DNA of 64,000 bases from Clostridiales bacterium (GTDB taxonomy: Bacteria; Bacillota; Clostridia; Oscillospirales; CAG-272), in NCBI GenBank assembly GCA_012519315.1, contig JAAYQM010000082.1:14488-78487 (forward strand), given 5' to 3'. Under the pieces are notes generated by a model. The model searched no databases. It was not told the origin of the DNA and saw nothing but the letters and a program-made list of their open reading frames with translations. The position numbers and the translations under genes were made by a program. Positions 21,058 through 30,492 of this stretch are shown here, piece after piece. Position 1 is the first letter of the stretch, and each line of letters starts with the position of its first letter.

Positions 21058-22461
21058 TTATGACTCGATACGATATTTGGTTCCCTGAGGGGTATCCTCA
21101 AGAATTACTCCCTTAGCGGCAAGCTCCGCTCGGATACGGTCGGCCTCGGCGTAATTTTTGTTTTTCTTTGCGGCGGTGCGAGCTTCAATAGCAGCCTCAA
21201 TTTCGGCTATAAGGTCGCTGCTTTCCTCTTTGGGTTTTTCAAACCCCATAAGCTTGATCAAGGGATCATAAATTGCCTTAGCGGCAAGAACGGCCTCTGC
21301 CGATGGGTTGCCCTTGTTGATCATCGAGTTTAGCTCACGAATCATCTCATAGATGACCGCCATCCCTTCTCCGGTGTTGAAATCGTCGTCCATCACCTCA
21401 ACAAATCGCTGATGATACCCGTCAAGCTTTGTAATAAGGTCCCGTTCGCTATCGGTCATAGGCGTTTTGGGAGCGTTCTTCAGATAGAAATCAAGGCTCT
21501 CGGAACAGTTATAAATTCTTTCCACCGCAGCCGCAGACTGTTCGATTATTTCCTCGGAGAAATTAACAGGTGTGCGATAATGTGCGCTGAGGAGAAAATG
21601 GCGAATCGGTGCGTAGCCATACTTTGCGGCTACATCTCGAACGGTAAAAAAGCTTCCCGACTTTGACATCTTGCTGTTGTTGATATTGATAAATCCGTTG
21701 TGCAGCCAATAACGGGCAAAATGCTTGCCGGTGGCGCACTCCGACTGGGCCTTTTCATTTTCATGATGGGGGAAGGCAAGGTCCTGCCCGCCGCAATGAA
21801 TGTCAATCGTCTCGCCAAGGTATTTGCGCACCATGGCTGAACATTCAATATGCCAACCCGGACGACCGCGCCCCCACGGGCTTTCCCACTCGGGTTCCCC
21901 CGGTTTTGCTGCCTTCCAGAGAGCAAAGTCCAGCGGATTTTCCTTTTGCTCTGAGATGTCTATTCTGGCGCCAGACTCGAGATCTTCAATGGGCATATGG
22001 GACAGGGCGCCGTATTCTTCATAGTTTACGGTACGAAAATAAACGTCTCCGTTTGAAGGATAGGCATAACCACGCTCAATCAAGAGCTTAATAATCTCAA
22101 TAATGGTATCGATATTCTCGGTCGCCTTCGGATGAATTGTCGCCGAGCGTATCCCCAGTCCCTGAGCGTCAACAAAATATTCGTCAATATATTTTTGAGC
22201 AAGCTCAGAGAAGGTTATACCCTCTTCCGCGGCGCGGCGAATAACTTTATCGTCAATATCGGTGAAATTCTGCACAAAGGTCACTTCATATCCCCGGTAT
22301 TCGAGGTAACGGCGCAGCATATCGAAGACAACAAAGCAACGGGCGTTCCCGACATGGAAATAATTGTATACTGTGGGACCGCAAACATACATTCTCACCT
22401 TTCCCGGTGTTAGGGGGATGAATTTTTCTTTTGATCTGGTTAATGTATTGTAAAATTGCAT
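21058..22461 (-). CDS. cysS: cysteinyl-tRNA synthetase
   Basis: MQFYNTLTRSKEKFIPL...MYVCGPTVYNYFHVGNAR (HIGH-type) and KMSKSGSF (KMSKS). Start set at the ATG at 22461 with a GAGG SD. The track ORF runs on to 22716, inside cysE. Confidence 0.93.
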   Translation of the reverse strand: MQFYNTLTRSKEKFIPLTPGKVRMYVCGPTVYNYFHVGNARCFVVFDMLRRYLEYRGYEVTFVQNFTDIDDKVIRRAAEEGITFSELAQKYIDEYFVDAQGLGIRSATIHPKATENIDTIIEIIKLLIERGYAYPSNGDVYFRTVNYEEYGALSHMPIEDLESGARIDISEQKENPLDFALWKAAKPGEPEWESPWGRGRPGWHIECSAMVRKYLGETIDIHCGGQDLAFPHHENEKAQSECATGKHFARYWLHNGFININNSKMSKSGSFFTVRDVAAKYGYAPIRHFLLSAHYRTPVNFSEEIIEQSAAAVERIYNCSESLDFYLKNAPKTPMTDSERDLITKLDGYHQRFVEVMDDDFNTGEGMAVIYEMIRELNSMINKGNPSAEAVLAAKAIYDPLIKLMGFEKPKEESSDLIAEIEAAIEARTAAKKNKNYAEADRIRAELAAKGVILEDTPQGTKYRIES

Positions 22462-22471
22462 GAAAACCTCA

Positions 22472-23218
22472 TTAAACGTCATTTGTTTCTTTATTTTTGG
22501 ATTTCTTCTGTGTTTGCAGGGTCTGCAGAGCCTTTTCAAGATCCCGAATTTTGAGATCAAGCTTGCATAACTCCTGCGCAACAGGGTCTGGAACATGAAT
22601 CTGATCAAGCTCGGTGCTTGGTTTTGATACGACCCTGGAATTATTGCGCTTGACAACCCTTGCCGGAATGCCGACAGCAGTCGAGTTGTCCGGGATTTCC
22701 TCAAGAACAACGGCATTGGCGGCGATCTTTACATTATTGCCGACATTAAAGGGGCCTAGCACCTTTGCGCCCGCGCCTACCAGCACATTGTCGCCAAGAG
22801 TAGGATGGCGCTTTCCCGTTTCTTTGCCTGTGCCGCCGAGGGTAACCCCCTGATAGATGGTGCAGTTGTTTCCGATTTCCGCAGTTTCCCCGATAACAAC
22901 ACCGCTGCCATGATCGATAAAGAGTCCTTTGCCGATCTTTGCCCCCGGATGGATCTCAATACCCGTAAGGAAACGCGCCGCCTGGCTAATTGTGCGAGCG
23001 GTTAATTTATACCCCTTTTTATGCAGCTTGTGGGCGACACGGTGGGCAAGCAACGCATGAACGCCCGAATACAAAAGCAAAACCTCAATATCAGACTGTG
23101 CGGCAGGGTCTCTCTCCCTAACCGCCGAAATATCATTCTTAACATCGGCGACAATCTTTTTTGCTTTTGAAAAGATGTCTGGGAAATCTATATCAATTTT
23201 GAACTTTATTTCGTTCAT
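22472..23218 (-). CDS. cysE: serine O-acetyltransferase
   Basis: Hexapeptide-repeat core IHPGAKIGKGLFIDHGSGVVIGETAEIGNNCTIYQGVTLGG, located immediately upstream of cysS. Confidence 0.9.
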   Translation of the reverse strand: MNEIKFKIDIDFPDIFSKAKKIVADVKNDISAVRERDPAAQSDIEVLLLYSGVHALLAHRVAHKLHKKGYKLTARTISQAARFLTGIEIHPGAKIGKGLFIDHGSGVVIGETAEIGNNCTIYQGVTLGGTGKETGKRHPTLGDNVLVGAGAKVLGPFNVGNNVKIAANAVVLEEIPDNSTAVGIPARVVKRNNSRVVSKPSTELDQIHVPDPVAQELCKLDLKIRDLEKALQTLQTQKKSKNKETNDV

Positions 23219-23345
23219 GTTTTCCCGCCTTTCTTAAAAAAGTTGGTAGCTGTGAAAAATGCGTCGGTCGCAAAATCAACTTTTCTGTATAGTATACATT
23301 ATTATATAATATGCTAACCTGATTGTAAAGGGGAGAATGGGGAAA

Positions 23346-23942
23346 TTATTTATTTGCTTTCTTTTTCTCTTGAGTTTTGTTCCGTATTGGAACCGAGAAT
23401 TCCCGATATTTTCTGTCCTTTGCCGGATTTGTAAAAATTACAGCTTTATTTTCCCGGAGATAAAATCCGGCTTCCTTTTCTTTTAAAGCCTTTTTTGTCC
23501 TTTTATCCGAATCGGCGAACAGGAAAAGTGGGCAAAGCCGACCCGACTGAAGGTCAAAGGTATGGGCAATTCGCTTGAAACGAAGCCTCCTGCCGCCGTG
23601 GAGCAGCGCTACATCGATAATCAGCGATAAAATATTCCCCGCCTTGTGGGTCAGCTTATAATTTAAGGTATAAATATAGCGGCGATTGGTAAATCTTTTG
23701 CGGGGGTTCGGATTGTTTTCATACTCGGTCTCTGCATGGGGTAAAAGCTTGTTTTTAGCGTAATCAAAGCAATGCTGCGTGATTTTTTCATAAAACTTGT
23801 TTGTTTTCTTTATTCCCTTCAAGGTTCTCGGCTTTTCTTTTTCGTCAGAAAAAGAGGGATATTTTATGTTGATTTCCAAAAGCTCGATGCCCTCTCGGGT
23901 AAACAGCTCCTTTTTTATCTGTTCCTCAACCATAATTTCCAT
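23346..23942 (-). CDS. hypothetical protein
   Basis: ORF track. Start moved to the ATG at 23942 (MEIMVEEQIKKELF...), which has an AGGAGG SD. No family recognised. Confidence 0.5.
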   Translation of the reverse strand: MEIMVEEQIKKELFTREGIELLEINIKYPSFSDEKEKPRTLKGIKKTNKFYEKITQHCFDYAKNKLLPHAETEYENNPNPRKRFTNRRYIYTLNYKLTHKAGNILSLIIDVALLHGGRRLRFKRIAHTFDLQSGRLCPLFLFADSDKRTKKALKEKEAGFYLRENKAVIFTNPAKDRKYREFSVPIRNKTQEKKKANK

Positions 23943-24061
23943 AGCAATCCCTCCTGATTTCTGCTTTATCACAATATTATATAAAATTTTGCAATTGAAT
24001 ATGACAGAACAAAGAGAGAGCATCGGGCAAGCCGGATGCTCTCTCTTTATAATGCAATTTG

Positions 24062-24775
24062 TTATTTAGTGAAAATCGGCAGATTGTAACGACAGTAAAT
24101 AAAAGCGGCAAGGCTGGCAGCGGACAAGATCAGGGACACAATAACAAAGGTAGGGGTCAGTTTCACCCCTTCAATTTTGGGTATGATCTTCTTTTTTGAA
24201 AGGAAAGGAATCACCGCTCCGATAATAAGGGTTAGCAGCGTTACCTCAAGAGGCAAAAGAAGCAAATTTTTGATACCGCTTGTTGCAACGTAGATTGAAT
24301 AGCCCTTACTTCCGGTGGAGCCCATTACCACACGCCATAAAGAACCAAGCAGGGTATTGATAAAAACATTGATAATAAATTTTGGGGCGATTATGCGAAG
24401 GGGGGATATTTTTGTCCGATATAAAAATAACGCAAAAACAAGTCCGGCAAGCAGAGCGCTGAGGGTATAGCCGGGGAAGAACGGACCTGAAGCAAATAGG
24501 AGATATGTAACAATATCCGATATGACACCCCCGATCATTGCAATAACCGGACCATAGATCATAGCCCCCAGACCGGTTATCAAAAAGGAAATTTGAACAC
24601 GAATTAAAGGAGTAATGTAGATCTGAAGGGTACCTAATACCGAAGCGAGAGCGATAAGCATACTTGCAAGAACAATGATCTTCAGGTTGTTCAGCTCACT
24701 TGCCGCCGTTTTCCAATATGCAAGAGAAAAGGGATGGGGAAAAACTCTGTCATTTTTTTGAAACAAATTTTTCAT
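24062..24775 (-). CDS. folT: ECF-transporter S component, folate family (predicted)
   Basis: Polytopic membrane protein (…GPFFPGYTLSALLAGLVFALFLYR…) directly downstream of a THF riboswitch. Start set at the ATG at 24775 (MKNLFQ), with a GGAGG upstream. Confidence 0.7.
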   Translation of the reverse strand: MKNLFQKNDRVFPHPFSLAYWKTAASELNNLKIIVLASMLIALASVLGTLQIYITPLIRVQISFLITGLGAMIYGPVIAMIGGVISDIVTYLLFASGPFFPGYTLSALLAGLVFALFLYRTKISPLRIIAPKFIINVFINTLLGSLWRVVMGSTGSKGYSIYVATSGIKNLLLLPLEVTLLTLIIGAVIPFLSKKKIIPKIEGVKLTPTFVIVSLILSAASLAAFIYCRYNLPIFTK

Positions 24776-24921
24776 GTCTGCTATGTAACCTCCAATAAAT
24801 ACATACACATTCCACTCTGTGTACATCCGGGCGGCTACAAGATAAGGAGCAACACACAACAAGGCCGGTTGATTATAACCTGCGCTTTGCATATTGCTCC
24901 CACTAAAAGACACCGTATGCA

Positions 24922-25030
24922 ACAGCGGGATGCGATATATACACCGCAGCTATCCGAATTTTTCGGATGCTTTCGTCCGCGAAGCAACTCCCCGTCTTCG
25001 CAGCACTTGACGCGCATATATCTACTCTGT
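24922..25030 (-). promoter_or_regulatory. THF (tetrahydrofolate) riboswitch aptamer
   Basis: The minus strand reads ACAGAGTAGATATATGCGCGTCAAGTGCTGCGAAGACGGGGAGTTGC...GGACGAAAGC...GCTGCGGTG...CGCATCCCGCTGT. These blocks match the conserved THF blocks AGAGUAG / CGCGUUAAGUG / GGGAUG / ACGAAGC / GCGCGGUG / GCAUCCGCU as I recall them from the E. siraeum aptamer. Confidence 0.85.
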
Positions 25031-25404
25031 GTTTTGAGCCATTATAGCACATTCATAACAGCATCGCAATGCATTGTTAATATAATTCAAAATTCGTTTA
25101 CAATAAATGTCGAACAGGGAACAATCATACAAACAGCTCCCGGCGGGATGACATATTGTACTGAAAACTGCACAAAGTGCGTAATATTCTATAGAAACAA
25201 TAAAAAAGGACGTGCAACCACAAAGGATCAACTATTCGGCAGAGAAGAGAACGGCGGCGACGGACAAGGACAGCCGGGTGAACAACAGATAGGGGGGATG
25301 GTGCGAACCGTCTTTATCTATGCGACTTATTACAAACTTTACAGGAAAAGGGCTATAATATTTATAAAACAAGAAAACGGTTGACTTTATCAACCGAAAA
25401 TCTG

Positions 25405-25433
25405 TTTACAAAGTCGTGCTTGTCTGATATAAT
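25405..25433 (+). promoter_or_regulatory. candidate sigma-A promoter of the yybS-gdpP-rplI-dnaB block
   Basis: TTTACA, 17-nt spacer, TATAAT. Confidence 0.5.
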
Positions 25434-25497
25434 ATTATAATATAATGTACAATAGCGGTATTCTATCCACTTTCTATTCCGAAGGGAGCAGCATAAA

Positions 25498-26547
25498 TTG
25501 AGCAATATTTTAAATGACAGCAACAAAACAGATATTAATCCTTGGATTGACCGGACGCAATTGCCAAAATTGTCCATTGTATCGGCGATTTCGTTATCCA
25601 TTGCGGCTGTTGTTTTTTCGCTATGGACCACCTTTGGTTTTTATGATATTACCGCTTTTGCTTATTTAATCATCTCCTGTTCCAGTGCCGCAACCGTCCT
25701 GATATTGACCCGTTCTCCCTTAGTTATTCTCATGCCGATAACATCCTACGGTCTGGCGCTACTTCTTTCAAGATCTTTGGTGGATTCCATCGCTTCTCTG
25801 CTGTATTTTCCTGCTGCCGCTGTAATTGCCCTTTGTATTTACCGTTTCAAATCTCGCAATTCAACCGTTTGCGCAGCTTCCCTAACCCTTGCTCTCACTT
25901 TTGCAATCTTTTTTTCTATCGCGATCTACAAGGAATACGGCTCGCTGGATATAACCACGCTTGAAAAATTGTGGCAAACCATAAAAGATGAAACGCGGAC
26001 ATTTTTAGAATCGGCACGTCGCATTGACGAAAACGGCCAGTCTGTTCGTCTGTATAGCGACGAGTTGATCTCTACCATGTTCAGTCTTTTCCTTAACCTC
26101 TCCCCCGCAATCATCATTTTTATTTTCAATGCGCTCTCCTTTGCCGCTGTCAAGATAGTGCAGCTGTTGTTTCATGTGTTTAAAGTTTCGCAGATGCTCC
26201 CTTCGCAAAATTGGAAGTTTTCGATCAGCGCAGCGGGAGCCATTATCTATCTTGCCGCCTATGTAGCCTCCCTCATTTTTACCGCAGATAATATATCTGT
26301 TCTCTGGGCGGTTGTCGCTAATATTGTCTATATCCTCACTCCCGGTCTGTTTCTTGTCGGAATAAACCGTCTTTCGGCAATTGTCAAGCAAAAGAAGATG
26401 TACTTTGACAGCATCATAATTATATTCGTAATTATTATGGCTTTGCTCTTTATGAATTCTTTGTTCATAACTGCCCTTTCCTTTTTGGGGGCTTTTCATA
26501 GCATCAAGGATAGCGGGATTATCCGTTTCCCCTCAAAAAAAGCATAG
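25498..26547 (+). CDS. YybS-like polytopic membrane protein (DUF2232-like)
   Basis: Multi-TM protein. Its position directly upstream of gdpP-rplI-dnaB mirrors B. subtilis yybS-yybT-rplI-dnaC. TTG start. Confidence 0.6.
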   Translation: MSNILNDSNKTDINPWIDRTQLPKLSIVSAISLSIAAVVFSLWTTFGFYDITAFAYLIISCSSAATVLILTRSPLVILMPITSYGLALLLSRSLVDSIASLLYFPAAAVIALCIYRFKSRNSTVCAASLTLALTFAIFFSIAIYKEYGSLDITTLEKLWQTIKDETRTFLESARRIDENGQSVRLYSDELISTMFSLFLNLSPAIIIFIFNALSFAAVKIVQLLFHVFKVSQMLPSQNWKFSISAAGAIIYLAAYVASLIFTADNISVLWAVVANIVYILTPGLFLVGINRLSAIVKQKKMYFDSIIIIFVIIMALLFMNSLFITALSFLGAFHSIKDSGIIRFPSKKA

Positions 26548-26605
26548 CCTTAACCGGTTTCATCCGTTGTTTTTCGGATAAATATATTGATAAGGATTTA
26601 CTTCA

Positions 26606-28615
26606 ATGAAAAAAAACAAAAAAGCCAAAGCAAATAAGATTTTACCGATGAGCATCGTCGGATGTATTATGCTTGCCGTTGCTTTGCTTGTCGTCTATGT
26701 TTTTGTATCCTCCTTTACCGAGATTAGCCCTCTTGGCTCAGGCATCGCCGTTATACTGATTTATCTGCTTTCGGTCTTTGCCATTCTGACTGTTTATTTG
26801 CGCAAAATGAGAATAGACACCGACGAAAAGCTTGCCCCCGCTCTTGGCAGTATTATGCTGGATATTGTAACAAAGATGCACTTTCCCATGCTGATTTGCG
26901 ACGAGTCCGGCAAGGTTGTTTGGTATAACAAAAATCTCTCTTACGCGGCCGGCCGCACATCTCCCCTTCACGGAATGAACATAGAGCAGCTTTGTGCGGT
27001 CAGGATTAGCCAAATTGTTGAGGGCGGAGAGGACGGTAAGGATGTTCCGATTACGATCGGTGAGCGATTTTTCCTGGCTAAACATTATAAAATAAGGACA
27101 GCTAAAAAGGGATATTGGCTTATAACCCTTACCGACAACACCGAGCTTCAACAGCTGCTCGCGCGCTTTGATTCTGAGAAAACAGTGATCGCATATATTG
27201 TTATCGACAATATTGAGGAGCTGTCTCGGCAGCTTCAGGAGCGATATCATTCGGCAGGCTCCGGAATAGATGCTGTCCTAAAAAAATGGGCAAAGGAAAC
27301 CGGCGGCGTTCTTAAAGAATACGAGCGTGACAAATATCTTTTGATTTTCGAGGCACGCCATCTGGAGCAGTGTATTGCCCACCGTTTTGATATTCTGGAT
27401 GAAATCCGGGATGTGCGCATTGATGACCAGGGCACCCCTATCACCGTTTCGATCGGTATTGCAAAAATTGACGGAGCCCTTGCCGAACGGGAGCAAACAG
27501 CGCGTTCTGCTTTGGAGATGGCTCTTCAGCGTGGGGGAGATCAGGTTGTGATCAAAACCGCCGAGGGTGTTGAATTTTACGGCGGCCGTACAAAAACGGT
27601 GCAAAAACGCACAAAAGTACGTGCCCGTGTGGTCGCCAATCAATTAACTGCGTTAATCAAGCGGTCGGACAATGTTCTCATCATGGGACATCGCTATGCC
27701 GATTTTGACTCCATAGGATCGGCTGTCGGACTTGCGCGGCTGGCAATGTTTTGCGGTGTTAAGGTTAATATCGTGACCGATTTGAGTGACCCTAATCTTG
27801 CCGGCGTTCTTGAGAAGCTGCAAAAGCTCCCTGATTATCGTGGAGTTGTTATCGACAGAGCGACAGGGCTTGATATGATCCGTTCAAACACCCTCTTGAT
27901 TGTTGCAGATGTCAATAATACCGACCATTTTGAGTCCCCGGACATTGCAAAGAATGTTTATAAAACGGTTATTATCGATCATCATCGCAAGACTGCCGAA
28001 TTTGAGGTTGAGCCTGAAATTTCCTATATCGAGCCCTCCGCCTCCTCAGCCTCCGAGCTTGTGGCTGAAATATTGGAGCAGTGCCTGCCGCCGGGCGCCT
28101 TGCTTAGGGAGGAGGCAGAGCTGCTCTTTGCCGGCATTTTGCTGGATACCAAGCAGTTTTCACGCAATACCTCAACACGGACCTTCAGCTCGGCGCTCTA
28201 TTTGCGCGGCGCCGGTGCGAATCCCACCGAGGCACAGGCCTTTTTCAAGACGGCTCTTGACGATTTTGTGCGTGAGGCAAAGTTTGAAAACAATGTGGTA
28301 ATATACCGTACCATTATTGCCATCGCCCTCAGTGAGGGAGACGGCAACCCCGCCGATCGCATAGCGGCTGCGAAGGCCGCTGACAAGCTGCTCACCATCA
28401 ACAATGTTGTGGCGGCATTTGCCCTTGTTCGTATCGGGAACACCGTCCATATATCGGCACGGTCCAACGGGTCGGTCAATGTTCAGCTCATTCTTGAAAA
28501 GCTAGAGGGGGGCGGACATTACGATGTAGCCGGCGCCCAGGTCGAGAACATGACCATGAACGATACATTAGTTCTTCTTAAGCGGGCTATTGATGAATAT
28601 TTAGACAATAATTAA
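26606..28615 (+). CDS. gdpP: cyclic-di-AMP phosphodiesterase GdpP (TM-PAS-degenerate GGDEF-DHH/DHHA1)
   Basis: Two N-terminal TMs, DHH motifs (GHRYADFDSIGS, IIDHHRK) and DHHA1 (EGGGH). 669 aa, with conserved synteny. Confidence 0.9.
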   Translation: MKKNKKAKANKILPMSIVGCIMLAVALLVVYVFVSSFTEISPLGSGIAVILIYLLSVFAILTVYLRKMRIDTDEKLAPALGSIMLDIVTKMHFPMLICDESGKVVWYNKNLSYAAGRTSPLHGMNIEQLCAVRISQIVEGGEDGKDVPITIGERFFLAKHYKIRTAKKGYWLITLTDNTELQQLLARFDSEKTVIAYIVIDNIEELSRQLQERYHSAGSGIDAVLKKWAKETGGVLKEYERDKYLLIFEARHLEQCIAHRFDILDEIRDVRIDDQGTPITVSIGIAKIDGALAEREQTARSALEMALQRGGDQVVIKTAEGVEFYGGRTKTVQKRTKVRARVVANQLTALIKRSDNVLIMGHRYADFDSIGSAVGLARLAMFCGVKVNIVTDLSDPNLAGVLEKLQKLPDYRGVVIDRATGLDMIRSNTLLIVADVNNTDHFESPDIAKNVYKTVIIDHHRKTAEFEVEPEISYIEPSASSASELVAEILEQCLPPGALLREEAELLFAGILLDTKQFSRNTSTRTFSSALYLRGAGANPTEAQAFFKTALDDFVREAKFENNVVIYRTIIAIALSEGDGNPADRIAAAKAADKLLTINNVVAAFALVRIGNTVHISARSNGSVNVQLILEKLEGGGHYDVAGAQVENMTMNDTLVLLKRAIDEYLDNN

Positions 28616-28633
28616 CAACGGAGGAAACAGATT

Positions 28634-29080
28634 ATGAAGGTTATTTTGCTAGCAGATATAAAGGGAAAAGGAAAAAAAGATCAGGTGATCGAGGTACCGG
28701 ACGGATATGCGAGAAACTATCTTCTTCCTAAAAAACTGGCGGTTATTGCCGATGCCAAGGCAATGAATGAAGCTAAAAACAAAGAGGAATCCCGGCTTCA
28801 CAGACTTGAGGTTGAGAAAAAGGAAGCGACCGATCTTGCGGCACGCCTCTCAAGCATTACTATAAAAATAACCGCCCAAGCCGGAACCGACGGTCGCCTT
28901 TACGGCTCGGTAACATCCAAGGATATTGCGGAGGAGCTGAAGCGCGCGCACGGCATTGAGTTGGACAAGCGAAAAATTGTTATTCCCGCTCCCCTTAAAG
29001 CCTTTGGCACCTATACTATTGAAGCGAAAATCTATCCGGAAATCACCGGGAAATTTACCCTTATTCTGTCAGATAAATAG
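28634..29080 (+). CDS. rplI: 50S ribosomal protein L9
   Basis: MKVILLADIKGKGKKDQVIEVPDGYARNYLLPKKLA. Confidence 0.97.
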   Translation: MKVILLADIKGKGKKDQVIEVPDGYARNYLLPKKLAVIADAKAMNEAKNKEESRLHRLEVEKKEATDLAARLSSITIKITAQAGTDGRLYGSVTSKDIAEELKRAHGIELDKRKIVIPAPLKAFGTYTIEAKIYPEITGKFTLILSDK

Positions 29081-29122
29081 ACCGGGCTGGGGACACGGTC
29101 GGAAAGGCATATCATTTTTGTT

Positions 29123-30469
29123 ATGAATGATAATCCCATCAAAAAACTACCGTTTGCTCTTGAGGCCGAGCAATCGGTTCTCGGTTCGATTTTAATCGAT
29201 CCCGAGAGCTTTACATATATTGCGGACATTGTTTCGGGAGAAGACTTTTATCTTGAAGAGCACCGCCAGATTTTCGACGCAATGAAGCGGCTTTTTATCC
29301 AAAATCGAGAGATTGACATAGTTACATTGATCGATACCCTTGTAAAAGAGGGAGTTTATGATGAGGCCGGCGGCACGCAGTATATCCGTCTTATAGCCGA
29401 AGTGGTGCCCTCTGCCGCCAACATCCGCGATTATGCAAACATAGTCAAGGATAAAAGCACCCTGCGCCGACTGATCGAGGTGTGCGAGGAGATCACCGGA
29501 ATTGCCTATTCCGAGCAAGGTGCGGTTGAATATGTCCTTGATTCGGCTGAGCAAAAAATCTTTGCCATTGCCGAAAAACGGGAGACAAAGAGTTTTGACC
29601 ATATTCGCAACATTATGCTGAGGGTCTATGAGCAGCTTGAGCTGCTCAGCCGTGATAAAGGTGCGGCAAGGGGAACGCCTACAGGCTTTTCCAGCGTTGA
29701 CAGACTTCTTGTAGGTCTTGGGAAGGGCGATCTTGTTTTAGTGGGAGCCCGCCCCGGCATGGGTAAGACCAGTTTTTGTATGAATATCGCAACAAATGTT
29801 GCCAAACAGACTAAAAAAGCAGTTTGCGTTTTTTCTCTGGAAATGTCGGCAGAGCAGCTTGTTTCACGAATGCTTTCAAGCGAGGCTCTTGTGGACAGCT
29901 ATAGCTTAAGAAGCGGGAGTATTGCAGAAGAGGACTGGGCAAAGCTTGCCCATGCGGCGGCCGAGCTTTCGGATACCGATATTCTTGTGGATGATACGAC
30001 GGGCATCACTATTACAGGGATGAAGGCAAAGCTCCGGCGGGTTAAAAATCTTGGATTGGTTATAATAGATTATCTGCAACTTATGCAAAGTGATCGCAGG
30101 ATTGACAACCGTGTTCAGGAGGTTGCCGATATCTCAAGAAATTTGAAGATTATGGCGAAGGAGCTTGCCGTGCCGGTTATTTGCTGTGCACAGCTTTCCC
30201 GTGGTCCTGAATCCAGATCGGACAAAAAGCCGATGCTTTCTGACCTTCGTGATTCCGGAGCCATAGAGCAGGATGCGGATATTGTCATGTTCCTGTATCG
30301 AAGTGAATATTATAAATCTGACGACAACTCTGCACATGAGCAGGATGCAAATGTCGCCGAGGTCATTATTGCAAAAAACCGACACGGCTCTACCGGAACC
30401 GTAAAAATGGGATGGATCTGTCAGTATACAAAGTTCCTTTCTATCGACGATAACTACCAGGGCGGCTGA
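29123..30469 (+). CDS. dnaB: replicative DNA helicase (DnaB family)
   Basis: LPFALEAEQSVLGSILIDPE N-terminus, Walker A GARPGMGKTSF, and IAKNRHGSTG. Confidence 0.96.
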   Translation: MNDNPIKKLPFALEAEQSVLGSILIDPESFTYIADIVSGEDFYLEEHRQIFDAMKRLFIQNREIDIVTLIDTLVKEGVYDEAGGTQYIRLIAEVVPSAANIRDYANIVKDKSTLRRLIEVCEEITGIAYSEQGAVEYVLDSAEQKIFAIAEKRETKSFDHIRNIMLRVYEQLELLSRDKGAARGTPTGFSSVDRLLVGLGKGDLVLVGARPGMGKTSFCMNIATNVAKQTKKAVCVFSLEMSAEQLVSRMLSSEALVDSYSLRSGSIAEEDWAKLAHAAAELSDTDILVDDTTGITITGMKAKLRRVKNLGLVIIDYLQLMQSDRRIDNRVQEVADISRNLKIMAKELAVPVICCAQLSRGPESRSDKKPMLSDLRDSGAIEQDADIVMFLYRSEYYKSDDNSAHEQDANVAEVIIAKNRHGSTGTVKMGWICQYTKFLSIDDNYQGG

Positions 30470-30492
30470 TTTAATACAGGTGAGATGATTTT

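Noticed and set aside
22462-22716. 85-codon N-terminal extension of the cysS track ORF
   Set aside because: It overlaps the 3' end of cysE and has no similarity to CysS. The conserved CysS N-terminus (MQFYNTLTR) starts at the ATG at 22461, which has its own SD.
24734-25384. 216-aa + strand ORF
   Set aside because: It covers the folT 5' end, the THF riboswitch and the intergenic promoter region on the wrong strand. No SD and no recognisable motifs.
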